From the IMG/VR virus record IMGVR_UViG_2061766007_000307: a DNA stretch of 64,000 bases; one strand, given 5' to 3'. Numbering within the stretch: position 1 is the stretch's first letter; the number at the start of each line of letters is the position of its first letter. Shown here piece after piece: positions 1 through 10,735 of the stretch. Position numbers and translations under genes: made by a program. The notes beneath the pieces are model-generated. The model worked only from the letters and a program-made list of their open reading frames with translations, made no database searches and was not told where the DNA came from. The stretch is from an uncultured virus (IMG/VR IMGVR_UViG_2061766007_000307). Taxonomy: Duplodnaviria > Heunggongvirae > Uroviricota > Caudoviricetes.

Positions 1-159
1 TGGGATGTATCTAATGTGACAGATATGAGCTATATGTTCTATGATGCTGTAAAGTTTGATGGAGATATATCTGGATGGGACGTGTCTAAGGTGAATGACA
101 AGGCTGGCATGTTCTATAATTGCTCATGCTCTGCAGAATATATGCCTAAGTTCAAATAA
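1..159 (+). CDS. 3' end of DUF285/BspA-like LRR protein (truncated by window edge)
   Basis: Frame 1 reads WDVSNVTDMSYMF...CSCSAEYMPKFK*, the same repeat and C-terminus as the downstream paralogs. Confidence 0.9.
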   Translation, partial: WDVSNVTDMSYMFYDAVKFDGDISGWDVSKVNDKAGMFYNCSCSAEYMPKFK

Positions 160-183
160 ATATATAACTCATTGATTATTAAC

Positions 184-1287
184 ATGAAAACTTTTTCAGA
201 ATATAAAAATTCATCGAAGAACATTTCTATCAAAGAGTCTACCACCCAACAATATACGCTCTTCCCTGAAAACAAGGAAGAACTAAAACAAATGATTGAC
301 AAAGATATCAAGAAACATGGCAATGAAGCAGATCTCAATCATATAGATGTGTCTAGAATAAAGGATTTCTCTGATTTGTTCTTTTGCTCTAAATTTTGTG
401 GTGATATATCAAGATGGGACGTATCTAATGCAAGGACTATGGCTGGCATGTTTGAAGGTGCCAGTGCTTTCAACGGAGATATATCTAACTGGGATGTATC
501 TAATGTGACAGATATGAACAGCATGTTCTGTATGACTAGGTCATTTAATAGCGATATATCTGAATGGGATGTATCTAATGTGACTGATATGAGCTATATG
601 TTTAATGGCTGTAAATCGTTTAGTCAAGATCTGTCAGGATGGGATGTCTCTAATGTAACATATATGAAAGAGATGTTCTCATTTTCAAAATTCAATGGCG
701 ATATCTGCACATGGGACGTCCGTAATGTAACTGACATGAACGGAATGTTCCTAAATAGTTCTTTTAACGGCAATTTGAAAAGATGGAACACTAAGAATGT
801 TGAGAATATGATAGGAATGTTCTGTTCTTCAAAATTCAATCAGGATATATCTAAATGGAATGTGTCTAATGTGAAATATATGTCAAGTATGTTCCAAGGG
901 TCAAATTTCAATCAAGACATATCTAAATGGAATGTGTCTAATGTGACAAATATGAAATATATGTTCGCAGGTTCATCATTCGATCAGGATATATCATTAT
1001 GGGATGTGAGCAATGTGACAAATATGGGCCATATGTTTGAAAATTCTAAGTTCAGCCGTGATATTTCTAGATGGGATGTATCTAAAGCTGTGTATATGGA
1101 CTATATGTTCTCGGATGCAGACAGCAGCATGCCGATAGAGAAGCTATCGGCATGGAACCCTGTAAAGGTCGAGGACATCAGAGGGTTCTACGGGGATAAG
1201 AGCAGAGTGAGCTTTATTAAGGACTTGTGGCAGCATAAGATAGAGAACCCTGAAAGCTGTATAGGCCTGAGTACGTATACTAGATGA
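184..1287 (+). CDS. DUF285/BspA-like LRR protein with MKTFSEY leader and alternative C-terminal cap
   Basis: WDVSNV.DM..MF repeats; ATG at 184 gives MKTFSEY as in the paralogs. Confidence 0.9.
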   Translation: MKTFSEYKNSSKNISIKESTTQQYTLFPENKEELKQMIDKDIKKHGNEADLNHIDVSRIKDFSDLFFCSKFCGDISRWDVSNARTMAGMFEGASAFNGDISNWDVSNVTDMNSMFCMTRSFNSDISEWDVSNVTDMSYMFNGCKSFSQDLSGWDVSNVTYMKEMFSFSKFNGDICTWDVRNVTDMNGMFLNSSFNGNLKRWNTKNVENMIGMFCSSKFNQDISKWNVSNVKYMSSMFQGSNFNQDISKWNVSNVTNMKYMFAGSSFDQDISLWDVSNVTNMGHMFENSKFSRDISRWDVSKAVYMDYMFSDADSSMPIEKLSAWNPVKVEDIRGFYGDKSRVSFIKDLWQHKIENPESCIGLSTYTR

Positions 1288-1329
1288 AATCCTTGTCGTG
1301 TAAATATATAAAATTTACAGAGTTTAATC

Positions 1330-2268
1330 ATGGTAGACGGATCGAATCTTTACACACTCTTCCCTAAATCCAGAGAAGATCTTATTTATTTCATTGACGC
1401 TGAGATCAGAAAGCACGGCAATGCTGCAGATCTTAACCATATAGACGTATCTAAGGTAGAAGATTTCAGCGGAGTGTTCGCATGGACACATTTCTGCGGA
1501 GACATATCTAAATGGGATGTGTCTAATGCAAGGACTATGGCTGGCATGTTTGAAGATGCTGATGCTTTTGATGGAGATATCTCTGATTGGGACGTATCTA
1601 GTGTAGAAAACATGTCTTGTATGTTCAAGAATGCCAAATCATTCAATACAGATATATCGGGGTGGGACGTGTCTAGAGTGAAATACATGCAATATATGTT
1701 CTACGGGTCTAATTTTGACATGGATATCGACACTTGGGATATCCGCAATGTCGTTGATATGAGCTTTATGTTTGCCCGCTGCAGCTTCAATAGAAATCTG
1801 AAAAGATGGAACCCTAAGAATGTCACTTCGATGGAACGTATGTTCCTCATGAATAAGGTATTCGATCAAGACATATCTAAATGGAATGTGTCTAATGTGA
1901 AGAGGATGAGCGGAATGTTCGCAAACGGCGTGTTCAATCATGATATATCTGAATGGGATGTATCACATGTATATACAATGGCCAACATGTTCCATTGTAA
2001 TGTAAAATTCAGCTATGATATATCTGATTGGGATGTGCGCAGCGTGACAGATTTCTCTGACATGTTCAGCAGCACAGAATACCCATATATCTCTAAAATG
2101 TCGAAATGGAATCCTCTGAATGCAAAGAATATATCCAGCTTCCTTCCTGAGAATACTAAAAATGAAGATATCAGCTTCATCAGAGACATATGGCCGAAAA
2201 AGATGAAATTTCCTGAGAAATGTATAGGATTAGAGGAATATATCGAAAAATTAGATACATCGCGTTAA
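1330..2268 (+). CDS. DUF285/BspA-like LRR protein, no leader, alternative C-terminal cap
   Basis: YTLFP..DLNHIDVS N-cap and WDVSNV repeats. Confidence 0.9.
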   Translation: MVDGSNLYTLFPKSREDLIYFIDAEIRKHGNAADLNHIDVSKVEDFSGVFAWTHFCGDISKWDVSNARTMAGMFEDADAFDGDISDWDVSSVENMSCMFKNAKSFNTDISGWDVSRVKYMQYMFYGSNFDMDIDTWDIRNVVDMSFMFARCSFNRNLKRWNPKNVTSMERMFLMNKVFDQDISKWNVSNVKRMSGMFANGVFNHDISEWDVSHVYTMANMFHCNVKFSYDISDWDVRSVTDFSDMFSSTEYPYISKMSKWNPLNAKNISSFLPENTKNEDISFIRDIWPKKMKFPEKCIGLEEYIEKLDTSR

Positions 2269-2272
2269 AAGC

Positions 2273-2941
2273 ATGTTTATGAGCAAAATTCCGAGTGATA
2301 TAACGCATCTGTCATGCAAAACACACACATTATTCCCTAAAAGCAAGAAGGAACTTGAAAGTATAATTAAAAATGAGATAAGCTCGCAGGGTATACGTGC
2401 AGATCTCAACCATATCGACGTGTCTGGGATAAAGGATTTCAGCGGGTTATTTGAAAAGACATCTTTCAACGGGGATATATCAGAGTGGGATGTATCTAGT
2501 GTAACAAGTATGAGATGGATGTTCTGCGATTCTAATTTCAATAGAGACCTCAGCGTATGGGATGTCCGTAATGTAAGGGATATGGAAGGAATGTTCAAGG
2601 GATGTGAGTCGTTCAACTGTAATTTGAAAAGATGGAACACTAAGAATGTTAAAAATATGGCATATATGTTCTATAAGTGCAAAGAATTCAACCAAGAGCT
2701 GTCCAAATGGAATGTATCTAATGTAACTGATATGACCTTTATGTTCAACGATGCAGGATCATTCAATCAGAATCTATCCAGATGGGATGTATCTAATGTG
2801 ACATATATGAGCTTTATGTTCAAAGATGCTAGATCATTCAATCAGGATCTATCCAGTTGGGATGTATCTAATGTGACTGATATGAAAGGTATGTTCAAAG
2901 ACTGTCCATGTCCTGAAGAATACAGGCCTAAATTTAAGTAA
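2273..2941 (+). CDS. DUF285/BspA-like LRR protein, no leader
   Basis: WDVSNV repeats; ends CPCPEEYRPKFK. Confidence 0.9.
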   Translation: MFMSKIPSDITHLSCKTHTLFPKSKKELESIIKNEISSQGIRADLNHIDVSGIKDFSGLFEKTSFNGDISEWDVSSVTSMRWMFCDSNFNRDLSVWDVRNVRDMEGMFKGCESFNCNLKRWNTKNVKNMAYMFYKCKEFNQELSKWNVSNVTDMTFMFNDAGSFNQNLSRWDVSNVTYMSFMFKDARSFNQDLSSWDVSNVTDMKGMFKDCPCPEEYRPKFK

Positions 2942-2968
2942 ATAGTATATACACATATAGTTGTCAGA

Positions 2969-3940
2969 ATGAAAACTTTCTCAGAATACACTAACAGCAA
3001 GAAGTGCAGCATCAGAGAATCTGCAGCACCTCAATACACCCTCTTCCCTAAAGACCAGGATGAACTGGAACGGATGATCCGCAATGAATTAAATACTCAT
3101 GGAAATAAAGCAGATTTGAACCATATAGACTTATCTAAGATAGGTAATCTATCAGGATTATTCCGTTATACATCATTTAATGGAGATATATCTAAATGGG
3201 ATGTATCTAATGTCATGAACATGTCCGGAATGTTTCAAAATTCAAGTTTTAATGGCGACATATCCAAATGGGATGTGTCTGGTGTAGAGAATATGACGAG
3301 TATGTTCCAAAACTCAAAATTTAATGGTGACATATCAAAATGGGACGTGTCTAATGTAATAAATATGGCATACATGTTCTATGAATCTTCGTTCACTGGT
3401 GATCTGAGCAAATGGAATGTATCTAATGTAGTGGATATGCCCTGCATGTTCAGTAATACAATGTTCAATGGTGATATATCTGAATGGGACGTATCTAATG
3501 TGACAGATATGAACAATATGTTTAATGCATGTGGATCGTTCAATCAGGATCTATCTGGATGGGATGTCTCTAATGTGGAAAATATGAGAGGAATGTTCAA
3601 AAAAACTTCTAGTTTCAATGGTGACATCAGCACATGGGATGTCCGTAATGTCAGAGATATGAGAAGTATGTTTGCAAGCAGTGGTTTCAATGGAAATCTG
3701 AAAAGATGGAACACCAAGAATGTTGAAGACATGAGCTGTATGTTCCAATACTGCGGAACATTCAATCAAGATATATCCAAATGGAATGTATCTAATGTGA
3801 AATATATGATCGATATGTTCTTTTGTGCTACATCATTCAATCAGGACATATCCAAATGGGATGTATCTAGTGTAGAAAATACACGAGGTATGTTCACTAG
3901 CTGCCCATGCCCTGAAGAATACAGACCTAAGTTCAAGTAA
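2969..3940 (+). CDS. DUF285/BspA-like LRR protein with MKTFSEY leader
   Basis: Leader MKTFSEYTNSKKCSIRES, repeats, CPCP cap. Confidence 0.9.
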   Translation: MKTFSEYTNSKKCSIRESAAPQYTLFPKDQDELERMIRNELNTHGNKADLNHIDLSKIGNLSGLFRYTSFNGDISKWDVSNVMNMSGMFQNSSFNGDISKWDVSGVENMTSMFQNSKFNGDISKWDVSNVINMAYMFYESSFTGDLSKWNVSNVVDMPCMFSNTMFNGDISEWDVSNVTDMNNMFNACGSFNQDLSGWDVSNVENMRGMFKKTSSFNGDISTWDVRNVRDMRSMFASSGFNGNLKRWNTKNVEDMSCMFQYCGTFNQDISKWNVSNVKYMIDMFFCATSFNQDISKWDVSSVENTRGMFTSCPCPEEYRPKFK

Positions 3941-3966
3941 ATGAATATATATACAAGAGTCAATCA

Positions 3967-5007
3967 GTGAAAACTTTTTCAGAATATAATAAGGCTATCA
4001 GAGAATCTGCTCCAGAATATACATTATTCCCTAAAAGCAAAGCAGAACTTGCGACAATGATAGATAATGAGATCGCATCACAAGGATATGATGCTGATCT
4101 CAATCATATAGATGTGTCTGGTATAGAAGATTTTAGCAAACTGTTCTTCCGCAGATATAAATTCAACGGAGACGTATCTATGTGGGATATGTCTAATGCT
4201 AAAGACATGCATGAGATGTTTATGTACGCAGAATCATTTACAGGAGACATCTCTAGATGGAACGTATCTAATGTGATAAACATGTCGGGGTTATTCTATA
4301 ATGCTAATAAGTTCAATGGAGATATATTTGAATGGGATGTATCCAATGTAACAGATATGTCCAAAATGTTCTATGGAGCGAAATCTTTCAATCAAGATAT
4401 ATCTGGATGGGATGTATCTAATGTGACAGATATGTTCCTGATGTTTAGTTTGTCAAATTTCAACAGTGATATCAGCATATGGGATGTCCGTAATGTTGTT
4501 AAAATGAGAGGTATGTTTGCTGAATGTCCTTTCAATGGAAATTTGAAGAGATGGAGCACAAGGAACGTCACAGACATGTCTATCATGTTCTATAATAATA
4601 ACGCGTTCGATCAGGATATATCTCGATGGGATGTGTCTAATGTAGAGGATATGGGTGGAATGTTTTATGACTCGAAATTCAACAGAGACATATCGGGATG
4701 GGATGTATCTAATGTGGAGAATATGGCTTCGATGTTTGCAAATGATTCAAAATTCAATCAGGACATATCTAGATGGAATGTATCTAAGGTCAAACATATG
4801 AGATGCATGTTCGATGGATGTGAGTCATTCAATCAAGATCTATCCAAATGGGATGTTTCTAATGTAGAGGATATGGATGATATGTTCTATGGATGTAAAA
4901 AGTTCAATTCTGATCTGTCTAGCTGGAACGTGTCTAAAGTATATGTCAAGGAGAATATGTTCACAGGTTGCCCATGTCCTGAAGAATACAGGCCAAAATT
5001 TAAGTAA
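3967..5007 (+). CDS. DUF285/BspA-like LRR protein with MKTFSEY leader (GTG start)
   Basis: Leader MKTFSEYNKAIRES, repeats, CPCP cap. Confidence 0.9.
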   Translation: MKTFSEYNKAIRESAPEYTLFPKSKAELATMIDNEIASQGYDADLNHIDVSGIEDFSKLFFRRYKFNGDVSMWDMSNAKDMHEMFMYAESFTGDISRWNVSNVINMSGLFYNANKFNGDIFEWDVSNVTDMSKMFYGAKSFNQDISGWDVSNVTDMFLMFSLSNFNSDISIWDVRNVVKMRGMFAECPFNGNLKRWSTRNVTDMSIMFYNNNAFDQDISRWDVSNVEDMGGMFYDSKFNRDISGWDVSNVENMASMFANDSKFNQDISRWNVSKVKHMRCMFDGCESFNQDLSKWDVSNVEDMDDMFYGCKKFNSDLSSWNVSKVYVKENMFTGCPCPEEYRPKFK

Positions 5008-5031
5008 ACATATATCACATTGATTATCAGT

Positions 5032-5790
5032 ATGAAAACATTTTCAGAATATAAAAACACATCAAAGAATCTTTCAATCAAAGAGTCTGCAACACAGATG
5101 TATACTCTATTTCCTAAAAATAAGGAAGAGTTGAAGCGAATAATAAAAGATGAGATGCAGAAGCAAGGCAAAGAAGCAGATCTCAATCATATTGACGTAT
5201 CTAAAATAACAGATTTCTCTGAATTGTTCTATAATTCTGAATTTAATGGCGATATATCAAAATGGGATGTGTCTAACGTGACAGATATGTCATATACGTT
5301 CTCAAATTCAAATTTTGCAGGAGATATATCTGATTGGGATGTGTCTAATGTAATTGATATGAGCCATATGTTCTTCAATAACCATGCATTCAACCATGAT
5401 CTGTCAGGATGGGATGTGTCTAATGTGACTAATATGTCAAGCATGTTCTGTGCTGCTTCTAATTTCAACGGCGATGTCAGCATGTGGGATGTCCGTAATG
5501 TGGTTAATATGGAAAGCATGTTCAGGCTTAGCGGCTTCATTGGCAATCTGAAACTATGGAACACTAAGAATGTTAAAGACATGAGTTCTATGTTCCACTA
5601 CTGTGGAAATTTCAATTCAGATATATCTAGATGGAATGTGTCTAATGTTACAAACATGAGACGTATGTTCTATGACTGCAAAAAGTTCAATCAAAATATA
5701 TCTAAATGGAACGTATCTAATGTAGAAGATGTAAGGGACATGTTCACTAATTGTCCATGTCCTGAAGAGTATAGACCTAAATTCAAGTAA
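5032..5790 (+). CDS. DUF285/BspA-like LRR protein with MKTFSEY leader
   Basis: ATG at 5032; leader ends LSIKES; repeats; CPCP cap. Confidence 0.9.
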   Translation: MKTFSEYKNTSKNLSIKESATQMYTLFPKNKEELKRIIKDEMQKQGKEADLNHIDVSKITDFSELFYNSEFNGDISKWDVSNVTDMSYTFSNSNFAGDISDWDVSNVIDMSHMFFNNHAFNHDLSGWDVSNVTNMSSMFCAASNFNGDVSMWDVRNVVNMESMFRLSGFIGNLKLWNTKNVKDMSSMFHYCGNFNSDISRWNVSNVTNMRRMFYDCKKFNQNISKWNVSNVEDVRDMFTNCPCPEEYRPKFK

Positions 5791-5813
5791 ATATAATATA
5801 TAAATGTGTCTAT

Positions 5814-6653
5814 ATGAAAACCTTTTCAGAATATATAAATCCGCAACAGAATATTTCGATCAAAGAATCTGTAGTACTCCAGTATACTCTATTCCCTAAA
5901 AACAAGAAAGAATTGGAACAAATGATAAAAGATGAAATCAAGAAACAAGGTAATGGAGCAGATCTCAATCATATAGACGTGTCTAAGATAACAGATTTTT
6001 CTCATTTATTCTATAAATCTAAGTTCAATGGAGATATATCCAAATGGGATGTATCTAATGCAACAGATATGGAAAGCATGTTCTTGATGGCTGACGCATT
6101 TAACTGTGATATATCTGATTGGGATGTATCTAATGTGACAGATATGTCGTATATGTTCTGTGATGCTAAAGAGTTTAATTGTGATCTGTCAGGCTGGGAT
6201 GTGTCTAATGTGACAAATATGAGTTCGATGTTCTATGGTGCTAAATCGTTCAACGAAGATGTCAGTACATGGGATGTCCGTAATGTGAAGAATATGATGA
6301 ATATGTTTGCATGTAGTAATTTCAATGGAAATCTGAAACGGTGGAACACTAAGAATGTTGAAAACATGGGCTTTATGTTCTATGATGATAATTTATTCAA
6401 TCAAGATATATCCAGATGGGATGTGTCTAATGTGACAAATATGAGCGACATGTTCTCTGGATGTGCATTATTCAATCAAGATATATCAGAATGGAATGTG
6501 TCTAAGGTGGAAAACATGTGTGAGATGTTCAGGCGTGCTAGATCATTCGATCAAGATATATCTGGATGGGATGTGTCTAATGTGATAAATATGTCAGACA
6601 TATTTGTAAATTGTCCATGCACTGAAGAACATCAGCCAAAGTTCGAATCTTAA
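5814..6653 (+). CDS. DUF285/BspA-like LRR protein with MKTFSEY leader
   Basis: Leader ends ISIKES; repeats; CPCT cap. Confidence 0.9.
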   Translation: MKTFSEYINPQQNISIKESVVLQYTLFPKNKKELEQMIKDEIKKQGNGADLNHIDVSKITDFSHLFYKSKFNGDISKWDVSNATDMESMFLMADAFNCDISDWDVSNVTDMSYMFCDAKEFNCDLSGWDVSNVTNMSSMFYGAKSFNEDVSTWDVRNVKNMMNMFACSNFNGNLKRWNTKNVENMGFMFYDDNLFNQDISRWDVSNVTNMSDMFSGCALFNQDISEWNVSKVENMCEMFRRARSFDQDISGWDVSNVINMSDIFVNCPCTEEHQPKFES

Positions 6654-6677
6654 TAATACAACTCATTGATCATTAAC

Positions 6678-7592
6678 ATGAAAACATTCTCAGAATATAA
6701 AAATACATCAAAGGATCTTCCGATCAAAGAATCTTCTGGTCCTCAGTACACTCTATTCCCTAAAAACAAGGAAGAGTTGAACAATATGATACACGATGAG
6801 ATCAATAAGCAAGGTGACAACGCTGATTTGAGTCATATCGATGTATCTAAAATAACAGATTTCAGATCGTTATTCAGTGGGTTTGAATCATTCAATGGAG
6901 ATGTATCTAAATGGAATGTGTCTAATGCAGCCGATATGGGCTATATGTTTGCGTTCACTGTATTCAATGGTGATATATCAGAATGGGATGTATCTAAGGT
7001 GACTGATATGGATGGCATGTTCTATGGGTGCAGATCATTCAATCAAGATTTATCCGGATGGAATGTTTCTAATGTAATAAATATGAGAGAGATGTTCTAC
7101 GATGCTGCAACGTTTAATAGCGACATATCTGAATGGGATGTATCTAATGTGAAAGATATGAGCAGTATGTTCAACAACGCAAAATCATTCAATCAAGACC
7201 TATCAGGTTGGGATGTGTCTAATGTGATTGATATGAAATATATGTTCAGTTATGCTTTTAAGTTTAATGGGGATATCAGTACGTGGGATGTCCGCAATAT
7301 GATTAATATGAGCTATATGTTTGCAAGCAGTGGGTTCAATGGCAATCTAAAAAGATGGAACACTAAGAATGTAAGTAATATGAACTCTATGTTCTTTGAG
7401 TGTAAATCTTTCAATCAAGACATCTCTAAATGGAATGTTTCTAATGTGATAGATATGTCATATATGTTCTACGATGCTTTATCATTCAATCAGGATCTAT
7501 CTGGATGGAATGTGTCTAAGGTGAAAAGAAAGGAGAATATGTTCAATGGTTGTCCATGCCCTGAAGAACATAAGCCTACTTTTAACAAATAA
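6678..7592 (+). CDS. DUF285/BspA-like LRR protein with MKTFSEY leader
   Basis: ATG at 6678; leader ends LPIKES; repeats; CPCP cap. Confidence 0.9.
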   Translation: MKTFSEYKNTSKDLPIKESSGPQYTLFPKNKEELNNMIHDEINKQGDNADLSHIDVSKITDFRSLFSGFESFNGDVSKWNVSNAADMGYMFAFTVFNGDISEWDVSKVTDMDGMFYGCRSFNQDLSGWNVSNVINMREMFYDAATFNSDISEWDVSNVKDMSSMFNNAKSFNQDLSGWDVSNVIDMKYMFSYAFKFNGDISTWDVRNMINMSYMFASSGFNGNLKRWNTKNVSNMNSMFFECKSFNQDISKWNVSNVIDMSYMFYDALSFNQDLSGWNVSKVKRKENMFNGCPCPEEHKPTFNK

Positions 7593-7615
7593 TATATATC
7601 GCCATAAGGGCATTC

Positions 7616-7757
7616 TTCAACAGTGATATATCATGATGAAACGTATCTAATGCGAAAAGTATATCAGGATCTTCAATAGTGATATATCTGGATGATATGT
7701 GCCGGATGTGGTTTATGGTGATTATATATTCAAAGGTTGCAGTCATTATTCAAGTAA
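7616..7757 (+). pseudogene. Decayed 3' fragment of a DUF285 gene
   Basis: Reads FNSDIS**NVSNA, frameshifts to FNSDISG*YV...IFKGC, and ends in ttcaagtaa like the intact paralogs. Confidence 0.7.
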
Positions 7758-7781
7758 ATGAACAATTCAATATGCACTCAT

Positions 7782-8981
7782 ATGAAAACATACCCAGAAC
7801 ATAAAAACAAGTCAAAAGACACATCAGTCAAAGAGCGTACTACCAAACAATATACTCTATTCCCCAAAGGCAGGAAGAAATTAGAAAAGATGATTGAAGA
7901 TGAGATCAAGAAGCAAGGCTACAAGGCAGACTTGAATCATATAGATGTGTCTAAAATAAAAGATTTCTCTAGATTGTTTGAGAACTCTAATTTCAATGGG
8001 GATATATCCAGGTGGAATGTATCTAAGGCGACCAATATGGACGAAATGTTTATGCATGCACGTTTCGATGGCGATATCTCCGAATGGGATGTGTCTAACG
8101 TAGAATCTATGCATGGGATGTTCTGTAATTCTGATTTCAATGGAGACATCTCTTGCTGGGATGTGTCTAATGTTAAAAATATGGGCTGGATGTTCGCTAG
8201 TTCAGACTTTGATGGAGACATATCTAATTGGGACGTGTCTAATGTGACAGATATGAGCGAAATGTTCCGCGGTGCTGAATCATTCAATCAAGATCTTTCT
8301 GGATGGGATGTATCCAATGTGACAAATATGAACGGAATGTTCTGTAATTCTAATTTCAATGGAGACCTCAGCACGTGGGATGTCCGTAATGTGACAGATA
8401 TGAGCAATATGTTCATAGGTAGCAAGTTCAATGGAAACCTGAAAAGATGGAACACTAAGAATGTAAAGGACATGAGTTCAATGTTCATGTACTGCCAGTC
8501 GTTCAATCAGGATCTATCCAGATGGAACGTGTCCAATGTGACAAATATGAAATATATGTTCTATGACTGTAAAGTATTCGATCAAGATCTATCCAAATGG
8601 GATGTATCTAAGGCGGAAAATATGGTCGGGATGTTTGAAAATGCAGAATCATTCAATTCAGATATATCAGAATGGAATGTATCTAAGGTGACTGATATGA
8701 GTGATATGTTCTTTAGGTGTAAAATGTTCAATTCTGATCTGTCCAGATGGGATGTGTCTAGCGTGACTAATATGGAAAGTATGTTCGATTGCGCTTCATC
8801 GTTCAATCAGGATATATCTTCTTGGAATGTCTCTAATGTGACCAGCATGAATAATATGTTCTATAAATGCACTTCATTCAATCAGGATCTGTCTGGGTGG
8901 GATGTATCTAATGTAAAGACATATCACCATATGTTCGATGATTGCCCATGTCCTAAAAAACATAGACCTAAGTTCATGTAA
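7782..8981 (+). CDS. DUF285/BspA-like LRR protein with divergent leader (MKTYPEH...VKER)
   Basis: Repeats and CPCP cap; ATG at 7782 matches paralog spacing from GTAAAT. Confidence 0.9.
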   Translation: MKTYPEHKNKSKDTSVKERTTKQYTLFPKGRKKLEKMIEDEIKKQGYKADLNHIDVSKIKDFSRLFENSNFNGDISRWNVSKATNMDEMFMHARFDGDISEWDVSNVESMHGMFCNSDFNGDISCWDVSNVKNMGWMFASSDFDGDISNWDVSNVTDMSEMFRGAESFNQDLSGWDVSNVTNMNGMFCNSNFNGDLSTWDVRNVTDMSNMFIGSKFNGNLKRWNTKNVKDMSSMFMYCQSFNQDLSRWNVSNVTNMKYMFYDCKVFDQDLSKWDVSKAENMVGMFENAESFNSDISEWNVSKVTDMSDMFFRCKMFNSDLSRWDVSSVTNMESMFDCASSFNQDISSWNVSNVTSMNNMFYKCTSFNQDLSGWDVSNVKTYHHMFDDCPCPKKHRPKFM

Positions 8982-9008
8982 ATCATATAGTATTAAGACA
9001 TACATAGC

Positions 9009-9491
9009 ATGAAAACGTTTTCAGAATATAAAAATCATCCAAAGAGCAGATTAGTCAGCGAATCTGCCAGCACACAATATACACTGTTCCCTAAAAATAA
9101 GTATGAGCTGCAGCAGATGATTAAAGAAGAGATTAAGAAGCAAGGCTGCCATGCTGACTTGAATCATATAGACACGTCAGCTATAAAAGATATGTCTATG
9201 CTGTTCTGGAAAGAATACCGATTCGACGGAGATGTGTCTGGCTGGGATGTGTCTAATGTGACAGATATGAGCCACATGTTCTATATGGCTAGAGCATTTA
9301 ATGGTGACGTGTCTGGATGGGATGTATCTAATGTCACTGATATGCATGGCATGTTCTATAACGCTAAATCATTCAATCAAGATATATCAGGATGGGACGT
9401 GTCTAAAGTGGAAAAAACAAAATTTATGTTCTCAGAATGTCCATGTCCTGAAAAGTATCAGCCTAAGTTTAAGCATACAGATATAATATAG
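9009..9491 (+). CDS. Short DUF285/BspA-like LRR protein with MKTFSEY leader
   Basis: About 3 repeats; leader ends LVSES. Confidence 0.9.
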   Translation: MKTFSEYKNHPKSRLVSESASTQYTLFPKNKYELQQMIKEEIKKQGCHADLNHIDTSAIKDMSMLFWKEYRFDGDVSGWDVSNVTDMSHMFYMARAFNGDVSGWDVSNVTDMHGMFYNAKSFNQDISGWDVSKVEKTKFMFSECPCPEKYQPKFKHTDII

Positions 9492-9498
9492 TGCTAAC

Positions 9499-10710
9499 AT
9501 GAAAACATTTTCTGAATATACTAAAAGCATGAAATGCAGCGTCAGAGAATCTGCTGCTCCTCAATATACTCTATTTCCAAGAGATAAGAGTGAATTAGAA
9601 CAAATGATTAAAGATGAAATCGATAAGCAAGGTGATGAAGCTTATCTCAATCATATTGATGTATCTAATATAACAGATTTCTCTAGCTTGTTTGAAGACT
9701 CCAATTTCGCTGGAGATGTATCGAGATGGAATGTGTCTAATGCAACAAATATGTACAACATGTTTTCAGGGTGTCCATCGTTCGATTCTGATCTGTCTGA
9801 ATGGGATGTATCTAATGTCGAGAATATGTCAGGAATGTTCAGCAGATGCAATTCATTCAACCAAGATCTATCAGGTTGGGACGTATCTAATGTGACTGAT
9901 ATGTCTGATATGTTCAATGGAACAGGATCATTCAATAGAGACCTTAGTACATGGGATGTCCGTAATGTCAGAGATATGCATGGCATGTTCGAGGATTGCT
10001 GGTCATTCAATGGCAATCTGAAAAGATGGAACACTAAGAATGTCAGGAATATGTATAAGATGTTCGTTAATTGCGAATCGTTCAATCAAGATATATCAAG
10101 ATGGGACGTATCTGAGGTGAAAGATATGAGCTTTATGTTCCAGAATTGCATATCATTCAATCAAGATATATCAGAATGGGATGTGTCTAAAGTAGAAAAT
10201 ATGAAATGCATGTTCTGTTGGGCTAAATTATTCAATAAAGACATATCAGGGTGGGATGTGTCTAATGTGACAAATATGTCATATATGTTCAGCGGATGTG
10301 AATCGTTCAATCAGGATATATCTAAATGGAATGTCTCTAAAGTGGAAAATATGGAAAGCATGTTCAACAGAGCTAATTCGTTCGATCAAGATATATCAGG
10401 ATGGAATGTATCTAATGTGACAAGCATGTCTTGGATGTTCTCACAAGCTAAATCATTCAATCAAGATATATCCAGATGGAATGTATCTAAGGTAGCAAGC
10501 ATGGAAGGCATGTTCAGTGGAGCATCAATGTTCAATGGAGATATATCTGGATGGGATGTATCATTTGTACACAATATGACATACATGTTCAACGGCTGTA
10601 CATCGTTCGATCAGGATATATCTGGATGGGATGTATCTAATGTGAAAGATATGAAAGATATGTTCAAAGACTGTCCATGTCCAAAAGAATATCAGCCTAA
10701 GTTCAAGTAA
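9499..10710 (+). CDS. DUF285/BspA-like LRR protein with MKTFSEY leader
   Basis: Leader ends SVRES; repeats; CPCP cap. Confidence 0.9.
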   Translation: MKTFSEYTKSMKCSVRESAAPQYTLFPRDKSELEQMIKDEIDKQGDEAYLNHIDVSNITDFSSLFEDSNFAGDVSRWNVSNATNMYNMFSGCPSFDSDLSEWDVSNVENMSGMFSRCNSFNQDLSGWDVSNVTDMSDMFNGTGSFNRDLSTWDVRNVRDMHGMFEDCWSFNGNLKRWNTKNVRNMYKMFVNCESFNQDISRWDVSEVKDMSFMFQNCISFNQDISEWDVSKVENMKCMFCWAKLFNKDISGWDVSNVTNMSYMFSGCESFNQDISKWNVSKVENMESMFNRANSFDQDISGWNVSNVTSMSWMFSQAKSFNQDISRWNVSKVASMEGMFSGASMFNGDISGWDVSFVHNMTYMFNGCTSFDQDISGWDVSNVKDMKDMFKDCPCPKEYQPKFK

Positions 10711-10735
10711 ATATTACAACTGATCAATAATAAAC

